Part shown: positions 27,120-36,663 of the stretch, piece by piece
Numbering within the stretch: position 1 is the first letter of the stretch
How the letters are laid out: the number at the start of each line of letters is the position of its first letter
Assembly (NCBI GenBank): GCA_015067245.1
Contig: SVMV01000001.1
Coordinates: forward strand, 1 to 61,409
Source of the DNA: Oscillospiraceae bacterium
GTDB taxonomy: Bacteria > Bacillota > Clostridia > Oscillospirales > Ruminococcaceae
Direction of reading: 5' to 3'
DNA: 61,409 nucleotides
The notes under the pieces: model-generated
Told to the model about the DNA's origin: nothing
Databases searched by the model: none
What the model saw: the letters and a program-made list of their open reading frames with translations, nothing else
Made by a program: the position numbers and the translations under genes

Positions 27120-28805
27120 ATGAAATTCAGTGAAATACCTTATATCCGTCCCGACGTGGAAAGTATGATTGAAAAGATAAACAGCCTTGCAGACAAATTT
27201 TCTGCAGCTGACAGCGCAGAAGAACAGCTGCGTATTTTCAGAGAATTTGAAGAAGAAAAAGGACATTTTTCCACCTACAAGTGTATGAGCGATATACGCA
27301 ACTCTGCCGACAGCACCGACCCGTTTTATGTTGAAGAACAGGATTTTTACAACCAATGCACACCAAAGGCTACACAAAGCTTTACCGCCTTTGAAAAGGC
27401 TGTGCTGGAAAGCAAGTTTAAACCTGAACTGCGCAAAGAACTGGGCGATTATTACTTTGACCGCATGGAAAATGCACAGAAGGTGTTCTGCTCTGAAATT
27501 ATGGATTTGATGGCAGAAGAAAATGCACTTTGCTCACAGTACGAAGCAGTTTATGCCTCTGCACGCATTGAATTTGACGGCAAAGTGTGCAATGTAAGCC
27601 AGCTTAATGCATACCGCCAAAGTCCTGACAGGGCAGTGCGTAAGGCAGCTGTTGAAGCAGAAGGCAGATTTTTTGACAGCCACCGAGAAGAAATTGAAGG
27701 CATCTATGACAGGCTTGTTAAAAACCGCACCCAGCAGGCAAAAATCCTTGGTTTTGACAGTTATGTGGATATGGCATACGTTATGCGCAACCGCAGCTAC
27801 ACAAGAGAAGATGTGGCAAAATTCCGCAATCAGATACTGGAAATTATTGTACCAAAAACTGTTGAGTACAAAGCTCAGCAGGCCAAAGCTATCGGCACAG
27901 ATGATTTTAAATTTATCGACAATGATTTCTTGTTTGCCGACGGCAACCCAGACCCAAAATATCCTATACCTGAAATTTTAAAACGCACACAGCAGATGTT
28001 TGGTGAAATGAGTACCGAAACCAAAGAACTTATCGACCTTATGTGCGAAAACGAGCTGTTTGACATTGAGCCCCGCAACGGCAAGCGCAATGCAGGCTAC
28101 TGTGAAAATATAGAAGATTTTGGCTATCCGTTTATCTTTTTTAACGCCAACGGCACTGCAAAGGATATCGAAACCTTAACCCACGAATGCGGCCACGCAC
28201 TTAACTCTTACATTACAAACAAGGAAATACCTTATTCCTCCATACGCCATGCTCCTATGGAAGCCTGCGAAACCCACAGTATGAGTATGGAATTTCTTAC
28301 AACCCCTTGGCACCACCTTTTCTTTGAGGAAGATGCAGCCAAATACAGCGAAAGTCACACAAAAGGTGCATTGTACTTTATTCCTTACAGCATTATTGTG
28401 GATTACTTTCAGGAGCTTGTTTACTCTAACCCTGACTGGACACCTGAAGAAAGAAACAGCTGCTGGCTGGAGCTTGAAAAGCAGTTCCGTCCATATATAG
28501 ACTTTGGTGAACTGCCATTCTACAGCCGTGGCGGCGGCTGGCAAAGACAGATACATATAACCTGCATACCATTCTATTACATAGATTACACCGTTGCACA
28601 GACAATGGCACTGCAGTTTTTTGCACTGTATCTTAATGACCCAAAAGCAGCTTGGGAAAAATACATTAAATTTGTAAAAATCGGCGGCAGAATGGATATA
28701 AAACAGCACATAGAGCACTGCGGCCTTACAAGTCCGTTCAGTGAAAACGGTCTGGATAAAATATGCACACCTGTGTTTGAATGGGTGGAAAATCTCAAAA
28801 AATAG
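27120..28805 (+). CDS. pepF: M3-family oligoendopeptidase (PepF-like)
   Basis: HEXXH zinc site (THECGHALNSY) in the expected C-terminal-half position. About 560 aa. ATG 27120 follows AAGGAG. Confidence 0.85.
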   Translation: MKFSEIPYIRPDVESMIEKINSLADKFSAADSAEEQLRIFREFEEEKGHFSTYKCMSDIRNSADSTDPFYVEEQDFYNQCTPKATQSFTAFEKAVLESKFKPELRKELGDYYFDRMENAQKVFCSEIMDLMAEENALCSQYEAVYASARIEFDGKVCNVSQLNAYRQSPDRAVRKAAVEAEGRFFDSHREEIEGIYDRLVKNRTQQAKILGFDSYVDMAYVMRNRSYTREDVAKFRNQILEIIVPKTVEYKAQQAKAIGTDDFKFIDNDFLFADGNPDPKYPIPEILKRTQQMFGEMSTETKELIDLMCENELFDIEPRNGKRNAGYCENIEDFGYPFIFFNANGTAKDIETLTHECGHALNSYITNKEIPYSSIRHAPMEACETHSMSMEFLTTPWHHLFFEEDAAKYSESHTKGALYFIPYSIIVDYFQELVYSNPDWTPEERNSCWLELEKQFRPYIDFGELPFYSRGGGWQRQIHITCIPFYYIDYTVAQTMALQFFALYLNDPKAAWEKYIKFVKIGGRMDIKQHIEHCGLTSPFSENGLDKICTPVFEWVENLKK

Positions 28806-28840
28806 TACACCATTTCAAACTTTATCCGTCAAATTAAAAA

Positions 28841-28883
28841 CATAAAAACAGCACTGAGCGTTTTGCTCAGTGCTGTTTTTATG
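28841..28883. terminator. bidirectional terminator (pepF / decarboxylase genes converge)
   Basis: Perfect 19-bp stem CATAAAAACAGCACTGAGC (28841-28859) / GCTCAGTGCTGTTTTTATG (28865-28883). Confidence 0.85.
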
Positions 28884-28885
28884 TT

Positions 28886-30109
28886 TTATTCGATAATTTC
28901 GCCGTCGGTTGTTATAAAAATTTCTTTTGGCGGTGTGTGGGAAGAAAACTGGAACGGTGTGATAACCGCTGCATAACAGCCTGCGTTTTCCATTGTTACA
29001 ATATCCCCCGCTTCCAGTTTTGGCAGGGAGATGTTTTTTGCCACAAGGTCTGCTGCAGTGCAAAGGTTTCCACACAGTGTCACTGTTTCGGTTTCAGCTG
29101 CTTCTTGGCTGTTTTTTATCACTTTAAAACAAAAAGCATCAGGTTTTGTGTAAAATGGTTCGTTTGGTGCAGGTATTCCGTCCGCATAGCCTTCTACCAT
29201 TGCCGCAAGGCTTGGACGTGTAAATCCGTTAAGTGTGCTGCTTAGAATAACAAATGCTGTGCCGCGGGAATACTTTTTATCCAGCACCTTTGTGGCATAT
29301 ATGCCTGCTTTGCCGCAAACATATCTGCCTGTTTCTATAAGTATTTTCACGTCGCCCATTTCGGCTTTAAACTGTTTTATTGCTTCAGAAGTTTCTTTGC
29401 CAAGTTTCTGCACATTTACAGGCATATCGTCTTCAGCAAAAGGTATGCCTATACCGCTGCCAAGGTTTACAAACTTAAGTTTGATTTCCAGATGCTGTTC
29501 CACCTTTTTGCAAAGGTCAAACATTTTTCTGTGATATGTGCTGATTACATCACCGTTAAGCTCCTGACTTTTGCTGTGGACGTGTATGCCGATAATTTCC
29601 ACATTGGCAAGGGATTTTATCCATTCTTTGTGTGCAAAAAGTGCTTCCTGGTCTATACCATATTTTGCCGCAACACCTTTGTCGCTGTCAAAGGTAAAAT
29701 CAGGGTTGATGCGCACACCAATCAAAGCTTTTATCCCCTTTCCTGAAGCTATTTCATCTATCGTTTTTATTTCGCTGAAACTGTCGGCAATAATAACTGC
29801 TTTATCGAATGCAGCAGCAATATCCTGCCTTGTCTTGCCAGGTGTTGAATAATATATTTTTTCTTTTGTAAGGCCGTTTCTTTCGCCCAGCAAAACTTCA
29901 CCAAGGCTTGCCGCATCTATGCCAAAGCCGTTCTTCACCACAGCTTTAACAATTTGGCTGTGCGGATTTGTTTTTGCCGAATAAAGAAACTGCACATCTT
30001 CAAAACTGTTTTTAAGGTTGTCTATGCTTTTTTGCACAGTGTTTCCATCGTACAGATAAAAACTGTTGTATTTTTCGGAAAGCTTTAAAATCAGATTATT
30101 GTTTTTCAT
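28886..30109 (-). CDS. fold-type-III PLP-dependent decarboxylase (Orn/DAP/Arg decarboxylase family)
   Basis: PLP-lysine motif YSAKTNP, plus GIHVHSKSQ, NLGSGIGIPF, ETGRY and the C-terminal LCGNLCTAADL (CxxxD) motif. The substrate (DAP, carboxy(nor)spermidine or other) cannot be decided by eye. Confidence 0.75.
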   Translation of the reverse strand: MKNNNLILKLSEKYNSFYLYDGNTVQKSIDNLKNSFEDVQFLYSAKTNPHSQIVKAVVKNGFGIDAASLGEVLLGERNGLTKEKIYYSTPGKTRQDIAAAFDKAVIIADSFSEIKTIDEIASGKGIKALIGVRINPDFTFDSDKGVAAKYGIDQEALFAHKEWIKSLANVEIIGIHVHSKSQELNGDVISTYHRKMFDLCKKVEQHLEIKLKFVNLGSGIGIPFAEDDMPVNVQKLGKETSEAIKQFKAEMGDVKILIETGRYVCGKAGIYATKVLDKKYSRGTAFVILSSTLNGFTRPSLAAMVEGYADGIPAPNEPFYTKPDAFCFKVIKNSQEAAETETVTLCGNLCTAADLVAKNISLPKLEAGDIVTMENAGCYAAVITPFQFSSHTPPKEIFITTDGEIIE

Positions 30110-30156
30110 ACTATCACCCTTTTACATTATATATCAGATGCCACAGCATAAGCAAT

Positions 30157-30189
30157 AGGACAGTGTATCAATAATTGATATACTGTCCT
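30157..30189 (-). terminator. hairpin downstream of spoIVA
   Basis: AGGACAGTGTATCA / TGATATACTGTCCT (14 bp, one G-U pair). The trailing T-run on the minus strand is weak. Confidence 0.5.
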
Positions 30190-30203
30190 GTTTAATATTG
30201 TTA

Positions 30204-31673
30204 TTAAAGTATTACACAGATAAGGCCCTGACAGCCTTCGTTGATAACACGTTCGATAGTTTCCTGCAGTTTACCCCTTGCTTCCAGAGGTACATTGAGC
30301 AGCTTGTTGCTTAAGCCTTGGGTTACAAGTGTCTGCAAAGACGAGCCAAAAATATCCGACTGCCATATTTCCAGTGGTGCATTTTCAAAATTTTTAAGCA
30401 TACTGTTTACCAGTTCCTCACTGTTTGCTTCACTGCCAACAACAGGGCTTACCTCGGTGCATATATCCGCCTTGAGTATATGCAGCGACGGTGCACTGGC
30501 CTTTAAGCGCACCCCAAACCGCTGGCCCTGGCGGACAATCTCTGGTTCTTCCAGCCGCAGCTGTTCTATGGTTGGCATAACAATACCATAACCTGTGCGG
30601 TTTACCTCCTCCAGTGCAGGAGCAATAATCTCGTACTGATTTTTAGCTTTTATAAGCTGGGTTATAAGCTTCATAAGCGTCCATTCATCCCGCACATTTT
30701 CTCCTGTAAGACTTTCCAGTGTTTCATAATAAATGTTTTTATCCATCTGCACCGATATGTTTGCCACACCTGTTCCAAAATCAACACTGTCACACTTTGC
30801 ACTTATAACATTTTCAGCTGTGGCAATATGCTGTGCAGCAGTATCTATGTCGCTTATTTTCTTCACATTGCCAAAAACTGCCTTTATGCTGTCGAACAGC
30901 TGTTTTTTATAGACAAAATCGCCCTCCTGCACAGCAATCCACTTTGGCACGTCAAGGCGGATTTCCTTAAGCGGAAATTCGGTCAGTGCAAGGGCAAGTA
31001 TATGTTCTATCGTCTGTTTATCCATCTCAAGACAGTTTACCAGCACAGTTGCCACACCGTATTTTTCTTCCACCTGTTTTTTGATACGCTGGGCCTCGGC
31101 AGTTTGCGGTGCCGCACTGTTTACAACTATAACAAAGGGTTTGCCCAGTTTTTTAAGCTGTGACACAACGGTTTCTTCAGCACTTATATAGTTTTCTCTT
31201 GGTATATCGCTTATTGTACCGTCGCAGGTAACCATAATGCCTATGGTGGAATGTTCGCTGATAACCTTGTATGTGCCTATTTCCGCCGCCTTTTCAAAAG
31301 GGATTTCCTGCCTATACCAAGGAGTTTTAACCATACGGGGTTTTCCGTTTTCGGTGTCACCCCGTGCCCCTTTTATCATATAACCCACGCAGTCCACAAG
31401 ACGCACACGCAGATTTTTATTTTCTCCTATGGTTATATCCACACCCTGCTCAGGTATAAAATTGGGCTGTGTGGTCATTATTGTGCGTCCTGCTGCAGAC
31501 TGAGGCAACTCGTCAATGGTGCGCACCTTTTTATCTGCATCCTGGATATTTGGTATAACCAGTGCTTCCATAAATTTTTTTATAAAGGTGCTTTTGCCTG
31601 TGCGCACAGCACCTACAACACCTATAAAAACTGCGCCCTGAGTGCGCTTTTGTATATCGTCATAGATATTCAT
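30204..31673 (-). CDS. spoIVA: stage IV sporulation protein A (coat-basement ATPase)
   Basis: N-terminus ..IGVVGAVRTGKSTFIKKFME..V.PNI......R..DELPQSAAGRTIMTT.P.F.P is near-identical in pattern to B. subtilis SpoIVA. 489 aa. Confidence 0.95.
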   Translation of the reverse strand: MNIYDDIQKRTQGAVFIGVVGAVRTGKSTFIKKFMEALVIPNIQDADKKVRTIDELPQSAAGRTIMTTQPNFIPEQGVDITIGENKNLRVRLVDCVGYMIKGARGDTENGKPRMVKTPWYRQEIPFEKAAEIGTYKVISEHSTIGIMVTCDGTISDIPRENYISAEETVVSQLKKLGKPFVIVVNSAAPQTAEAQRIKKQVEEKYGVATVLVNCLEMDKQTIEHILALALTEFPLKEIRLDVPKWIAVQEGDFVYKKQLFDSIKAVFGNVKKISDIDTAAQHIATAENVISAKCDSVDFGTGVANISVQMDKNIYYETLESLTGENVRDEWTLMKLITQLIKAKNQYEIIAPALEEVNRTGYGIVMPTIEQLRLEEPEIVRQGQRFGVRLKASAPSLHILKADICTEVSPVVGSEANSEELVNSMLKNFENAPLEIWQSDIFGSSLQTLVTQGLSNKLLNVPLEARGKLQETIERVINEGCQGLICVIL

Positions 31674-31684
31674 ATACTGCCTCC

Positions 31685-33178
31685 TTACCGCTCAAATGCA
31701 GGGATAAAAAGCATGCTGTCCTGTGTAAGATATTCTTCCTGCAGCATATTTTCTTCCATAATAATCTGTGGCGAAACATTGTGATTTTTTGCAATGTCAA
31801 AGATTCTGTCGCCCTTTTTGCCATAGTATATAACTAGTGCTTCGCTTATATCCTGTTGTGGCTTATCGCAGTTTTCTTCAAAGCCTGTCAGCAGTTCCAC
31901 CAGCTGTTTTTCTATTATAAAGCCTTTTGCAGATATATTTGCCGTTACTGTGCTTTCACTGCAGCTGTGACCTGCAAGGGACAGCACAACGCATATTTCG
32001 TCGTATCTGCCGCAATTTTCCAGCCAGTCAAGCAGTATATCTTCTGTTTTTGTAAAACACTCGTATTCGTCCTGGGTGTTTTTTGCTATTATATGTGCAG
32101 TCACCTTGGATTTTACAGTTGTCTTGTTTATTTCGTAATAGCTTTTTACAGGTGAAATTTCAAACCACACATCGCAGATTTTATAATCTGCGCCTGCAGC
32201 ATCGCTTAACTGCACTGCAATTGTTTTGTTTATACTGTGTATATTTGTGTCCACCAGCTGACGTGCCGGCTGCTTTTGATATTCATAGCGCCGTGAAAAT
32301 CCGTCTCTTACCGCCATAATCTGCTGCTTTGCAAAGGCCAGAGCATCAATCTGCACCGTTATCACCGCTGTATGCTTTTTATCCTCGCTGCTTTGTGAAA
32401 TACCAAAGGAAGCCACCGACATCTGTGGCTGTACCACATTGTTTTCGGCAATATGCGGCATATCCACAATCTGATTATATGCAAAAGACTGGCTGCAGCT
32501 TTGCACATCATCACTGTCATCAGCAGTATAGTATATATTTGCATTCACTTCCCCTTTTACACTTATTTTATCGGTGTGCACCGTAACTGCAGGTGTTTGA
32601 ATATCGGTGGTTACTCGCAATATTTTTTGAGTGTTTTGGGGCAATGGCAGTGGATTTTCCATAGTGAACTGGCGTATGTTCTGCACAGCAAGAGCAAAGC
32701 AGTCCAGCAACGTGTTATCACAGCACACCGTGGAAGAATCCAACGCTGTCACAACACTGGTTTCCTGGGCAGAATAAACCCTTACATTAAACATGTATGC
32801 ACCGCGCACATCTATGCGTGTTGGGTTTTGGGGGCGTGTGTTTACATACTGGCAGCTGCCCTGTATATCAATAAAGTTTGCGGTGTACTCCCCAACTTCC
32901 AGCTGTTTTTGAAAAGGCAGTTTCTGGGTGACCACATGCAGCTTTTTGCTTTGCGGCGACTGATAGCATATACTCACCTTTACAAAGCCTTCGATGGTAA
33001 GCTTTGTCTGCATAATATATTTTTGTGTTATAAGATGCTCCATTGTGGTTTTTATAATCTTGAACACAGGTGCATCATAGTCTGCCAGCAGGATTTCTGT
33101 CTCTACTGGCTGTTCAAAGCTGACATCTGCTGATTTTGCTGTGGAAGGCAGTTTGTCAAAAAATAATTTAGTTGCCAT
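31685..33178 (-). CDS. SpoVID/SipL-like protein (DUF3794-type repeats plus C-terminal LysM)
   Basis: The C-terminus fits LysM (VIYYGKKGDRIFDIAKNHNVSPQIIMEEN.L....L....ML.IP). The N-terminal region resembles DUF3794 units. The stop lies 11 nt upstream of the spoIVA ATG. Confidence 0.6.
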   Translation of the reverse strand: MATKLFFDKLPSTAKSADVSFEQPVETEILLADYDAPVFKIIKTTMEHLITQKYIMQTKLTIEGFVKVSICYQSPQSKKLHVVTQKLPFQKQLEVGEYTANFIDIQGSCQYVNTRPQNPTRIDVRGAYMFNVRVYSAQETSVVTALDSSTVCCDNTLLDCFALAVQNIRQFTMENPLPLPQNTQKILRVTTDIQTPAVTVHTDKISVKGEVNANIYYTADDSDDVQSCSQSFAYNQIVDMPHIAENNVVQPQMSVASFGISQSSEDKKHTAVITVQIDALAFAKQQIMAVRDGFSRRYEYQKQPARQLVDTNIHSINKTIAVQLSDAAGADYKICDVWFEISPVKSYYEINKTTVKSKVTAHIIAKNTQDEYECFTKTEDILLDWLENCGRYDEICVVLSLAGHSCSESTVTANISAKGFIIEKQLVELLTGFEENCDKPQQDISEALVIYYGKKGDRIFDIAKNHNVSPQIIMEENMLQEEYLTQDSMLFIPAFER

Positions 33179-33286
33179 ATTTATCTCCTCTCCTATCTGG
33201 GAAACTGTTTCCCTGCTAAATATATATTGAAATAAAGATAAAATATGCTTTTTGCGGCAATACTATAAAAAAATGCAGGAGATAAT

Positions 33287-33796
33287 ATGTCCAGAAAACT
33301 CAAAACAGCCCTTGCCAGAAAAATTATAAATGTAACCGACGAAAACATTGATGACGAAGCACTTATACATGCTTTGCTGGAGGAAGAACTTTTTGTAAAT
33401 CCCGAAAGCGAAAAGCTTACCTTTGGTGAAAAAGCAGCAGATGCCCTTGCCAAGTTTGCTGGTAGCTGGCTTTTTATAATATCCTTCTGCCTGTTCCTTG
33501 TAGGCTGGATAGTCATAAATCTTTACCTTATATACAATCCTTTTGACCCATACCCCTTTATACTGCTTAACCTTATTCTGTCCTGCCTTGCCTCTGTACA
33601 GGCACCGCTGATAATGATGAGCCAGAACCGCCAGGAAGAAAAAGACCGCCGCCGTGCCGAAGGTGATTACAAGGTAAGCCTTAAAAGCGAAATTATTATT
33701 GAAGATATCCATTATAAGCTTGATAAGATAATAGAACAGCAGGAGAAGCTGACCAATGCTGAAAATAATGTGATTAAGGTTGAAAAGGATCTGTAA
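33287..33796 (+). CDS. DUF1003 family membrane protein
   Basis: FGEKAADALAKFAGSW.FI..F......W...N......FDPYPFILLNL.LS.LA..QAP.IMMSQNRQ..KDR pattern, with two TM helices. Confidence 0.8.
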   Translation: MSRKLKTALARKIINVTDENIDDEALIHALLEEELFVNPESEKLTFGEKAADALAKFAGSWLFIISFCLFLVGWIVINLYLIYNPFDPYPFILLNLILSCLASVQAPLIMMSQNRQEEKDRRRAEGDYKVSLKSEIIIEDIHYKLDKIIEQQEKLTNAENNVIKVEKDL

Positions 33797-33844
33797 ATGG
33801 GTTATTATATAAGCAGTAAAAAACAATATACGGAGGATATACCT

Positions 33845-34378
33845 ATGGGCAACATCTGGCATGATATCAAACCAGGCAGAATAAACGCAGATGATTTTAT
33901 TGCGGTTATTGAAATTGAAAAAGGCAGCAAAAACAAATACGAACTGGACAAGGAAACCGGGTTTATTATCCTTGACCGTATTCTGCACACATCAACGCAT
34001 TACCCTGCAAACTACGGTTTTATCCCTCGCACATACGCAGACGACGGTGACCCATTGGATGTGCTTGTTCTGTGCAGCGAAACCATACGTCCAATGAGCC
34101 TTGTAAGATGCCACCCAATCGGTGTTATTACCATGCTGGACGGCGGCAAGCTTGACGAAAAAATTATTGCCGTTCCATTTGACGACCCAACATACAACGA
34201 ATATAAAGAGCTCAGCGAACTGCCGAAACATGTGGCTGACGAAATGAGCCATTTCTTTACTGTTTACAAGAGCCTTGAAAACAAGGACACCGTTGTAAAC
34301 GACACAATGGATGCAGCTGCCGCAAGAGAAATTATCGACAAATGCCGAGAAAATTATATTGAAAAATACTGCAAATAA
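33845..34378 (+). CDS. ppa: family I inorganic pyrophosphatase
   Basis: IEIEKGSKNKYE.DKE.G...LDR.L......YP.NYGFIP.T...DGDPLDVLVL. ATG 33845 is 7 nt after GGAGGA; the ORF track starts at 33797. Confidence 0.92.
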   Translation: MGNIWHDIKPGRINADDFIAVIEIEKGSKNKYELDKETGFIILDRILHTSTHYPANYGFIPRTYADDGDPLDVLVLCSETIRPMSLVRCHPIGVITMLDGGKLDEKIIAVPFDDPTYNEYKELSELPKHVADEMSHFFTVYKSLENKDTVVNDTMDAAAAREIIDKCRENYIEKYCK

Positions 34379-34398
34379 TATCTGATATTTAAAGCTTG

Positions 34399-34450
34399 AC
34401 TGCCATAAGGCAGGGCAAATATTTTGCCTTATATGCCCGTGGCAGTTTTG
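34399..34450 (+). terminator. hairpin plus T-run downstream of ppa
   Basis: CTGCC ATAAGGCA ... TGCCTTAT ... GGCAG, followed by TTTTGTT. Confidence 0.55.
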
Positions 34451-34493
34451 TTATGTTTACTATTTTTTAAACTGATTACATGGAGGATGGTTT

Positions 34494-36608
34494 ATGTTTG
34501 GCAGCATTGTCGGAAATTTTGCAGGAACAGCATACTTTTTATATTTTCAGCTTGCAGGCATTCTCCTGACAGGTTTTTTGCTAAAAAAAGAAAACATCTT
34601 TGCAAGACTTATAATCGGAAGTGCATTCGGCTCTCTTTTGCTTATGTGGCTGCCTGCCTTGTTTGCTTTTTTCTTTAATTTTACCCTTACGGCACATATT
34701 TCTGCAGCTGCAGCAATTTTGCCCGCTGTTATATATTTTTTAAAGCGCAGAATTTTTGGCAGCAAAGATTTCAAATATATCTGCAGTTGTATAAAACACA
34801 ACAAATTATTCTGTCTGCTTTTTTGTGCAACCTTTGTACTGTGGTGCTGGCTTTTGCACACCCACATAATTCCTTACAGGACCGGCACAGGCCTGTGGAC
34901 TGGGCAGAGCACCTATGGTGATATGAATATGCATCTGGGCTTTATAACCAGTATTGCAAACCAAGCCAGTTTTCCGCCGCAGTATTCTCTTTTTCCTGGC
35001 ACAAAACTTGCCTATCCCTTTTTAAATGCCGCAATTTCTTCCAGCATATATCTGTTTGGCGCTTCTTTGCGCTGGGCGTATATTCTGCCTATGCTTGCCG
35101 CATTTTTACAGGTGTCTGGCTGTGTATATCTGCTGGCATACACAGCATTAAACAGCCGCGCAAAAGCCGTATTTACCTTTGTTTTGTTTTTGTTTAACGG
35201 CGGTTTTGGATTTATTTATTTTTTGGGTTTAAGCAAGGATATCCCCTTTTCTTTTAAGGATATTTTTACAGGATACTATACAACCCCTACCAATCTGACA
35301 GATTTCAATATACGCTGGGCAAACACCATTGCAGACATCCTGCTGCCGCAGCGTGCTTCGCTTTTTGGATACTCCATTCTTTTTTGCTGTATATGGCTGC
35401 TGTATCAGGCTGTGTGGAACAGCAAAAAGCCGTATTTTTTATACGCAGGCATATTTGCTGCCGCTTTGCCGCTGATACACACCCATTCTTTTTTGGCCAT
35501 CGGGCTTATAAGTGCTGCATGGCTGCTGCAATATCTTTATCAGCACACTCACAAAAGCACCAGCCACAGATGGTATGGTGCCCAGATACTTTTTATCTTT
35601 ACAGCAGTTATGTGTGCTGTGCAGTATTTTAACCATAGCGGCTGTCTTTCTTCACAGCATTTTATGGCAATTGGTTTAACAGGTATTGGCTGCTGCATAA
35701 TATATGGCACTTTTATCCTTTACAGATATATAAAGCAGGGCAATATGCAAGATATTGTTTATTCGTGGGGAATATATCTTGCCATTGTCATTGTTTTGGC
35801 TTTTCCGCAGCTGTTTGGCTGGACCTTTGGGCAGGTGGCTTCGGGCGGATTTTTACGCGGGCACTTTAACTGGGGCAATCTGGGAGATTTTTACCCTTGG
35901 TTTTACATAAAAAATCTTGGTATACCGCTGCTGCTTATAATCGGGGCGGTATGCAAAGGGAAGCAAAACATACGCAAATTTATTTTTCCTGCATCGGTTA
36001 TATGGTTTGTTGCTGAGTTTATTATGTTCACCCCAAACACCTATGACAACAACAAACTGCTTTATGTGGCATATATGCTGCTGTGTATTGCCGCTGCAGA
36101 TTTTGCGGCAGATGTGTATGCAAAATTCGAATCTGTCCATAAGCACCGTTTTATATCTGTCTGTGCCGCTGTTTGCTGTATATTCCTCTGCACATTTTCT
36201 GCCCTGCTTACCCTTGGCAGAGAAGCTGTATCAGAATACCAGATTTACAGCCAGTCTCACCTTGAACTTGCTGAATATATAGAACAGAACACCTTGCCAC
36301 AGGACGTTATAATGACCAATACTCGCCACAATAACGAAGCGGTTGCCCTTACAGGGCGCAATACTGTGTGCGGTGCCGACCTATTTTTATATTTTCACGG
36401 CATAGACACAACACAGCGCAAAGAACATCTTGCTTTGATGTACAGCCAGCCTGCAGAAAATGCAGAATTGTTTGAAATATATGATGTAGGTTATGTGGTG
36501 GTTTCATCCTGGGAGCGCAGTGAGTATACCGTTGACGAAAAATACTTTGAAACAAACTTTGAAAAGGTTTTCAGCAACGGCAATGTTGATATGTATAAAC
36601 TGAAATAA
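34494..36608 (+). CDS. 704-aa polytopic membrane protein with a C-terminal extracytoplasmic domain (GT-C glycosyltransferase-like architecture; function unknown)
   Basis: GGAGGA SD. About 14 or more hydrophobic segments, then a soluble tail of about 130 aa (..EYIEQNTLPQDVIMTNTRHNNEAVALTGRN..VVVSSWERSEY..). No diagnostic motif recognised by eye. Confidence 0.6.
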   Translation: MFGSIVGNFAGTAYFLYFQLAGILLTGFLLKKENIFARLIIGSAFGSLLLMWLPALFAFFFNFTLTAHISAAAAILPAVIYFLKRRIFGSKDFKYICSCIKHNKLFCLLFCATFVLWCWLLHTHIIPYRTGTGLWTGQSTYGDMNMHLGFITSIANQASFPPQYSLFPGTKLAYPFLNAAISSSIYLFGASLRWAYILPMLAAFLQVSGCVYLLAYTALNSRAKAVFTFVLFLFNGGFGFIYFLGLSKDIPFSFKDIFTGYYTTPTNLTDFNIRWANTIADILLPQRASLFGYSILFCCIWLLYQAVWNSKKPYFLYAGIFAAALPLIHTHSFLAIGLISAAWLLQYLYQHTHKSTSHRWYGAQILFIFTAVMCAVQYFNHSGCLSSQHFMAIGLTGIGCCIIYGTFILYRYIKQGNMQDIVYSWGIYLAIVIVLAFPQLFGWTFGQVASGGFLRGHFNWGNLGDFYPWFYIKNLGIPLLLIIGAVCKGKQNIRKFIFPASVIWFVAEFIMFTPNTYDNNKLLYVAYMLLCIAAADFAADVYAKFESVHKHRFISVCAAVCCIFLCTFSALLTLGREAVSEYQIYSQSHLELAEYIEQNTLPQDVIMTNTRHNNEAVALTGRNTVCGADLFLYFHGIDTTQRKEHLALMYSQPAENAELFEIYDVGYVVVSSWERSEYTVDEKYFETNFEKVFSNGNVDMYKLK

Positions 36609-36650
36609 TAAAAAAGCGTATCGGATTTAACCGATACGCTTAATTTTTTT
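36609..36650. terminator. bidirectional terminator (membrane protein / aspS genes converge)
   Basis: AAGCGTATCGG (36614-36624) / CCGATACGCTT (36631-36641), with an A-run before and a T-run after. Confidence 0.85.
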
Positions 36651-36663
36651 GATTTTAAACAGA

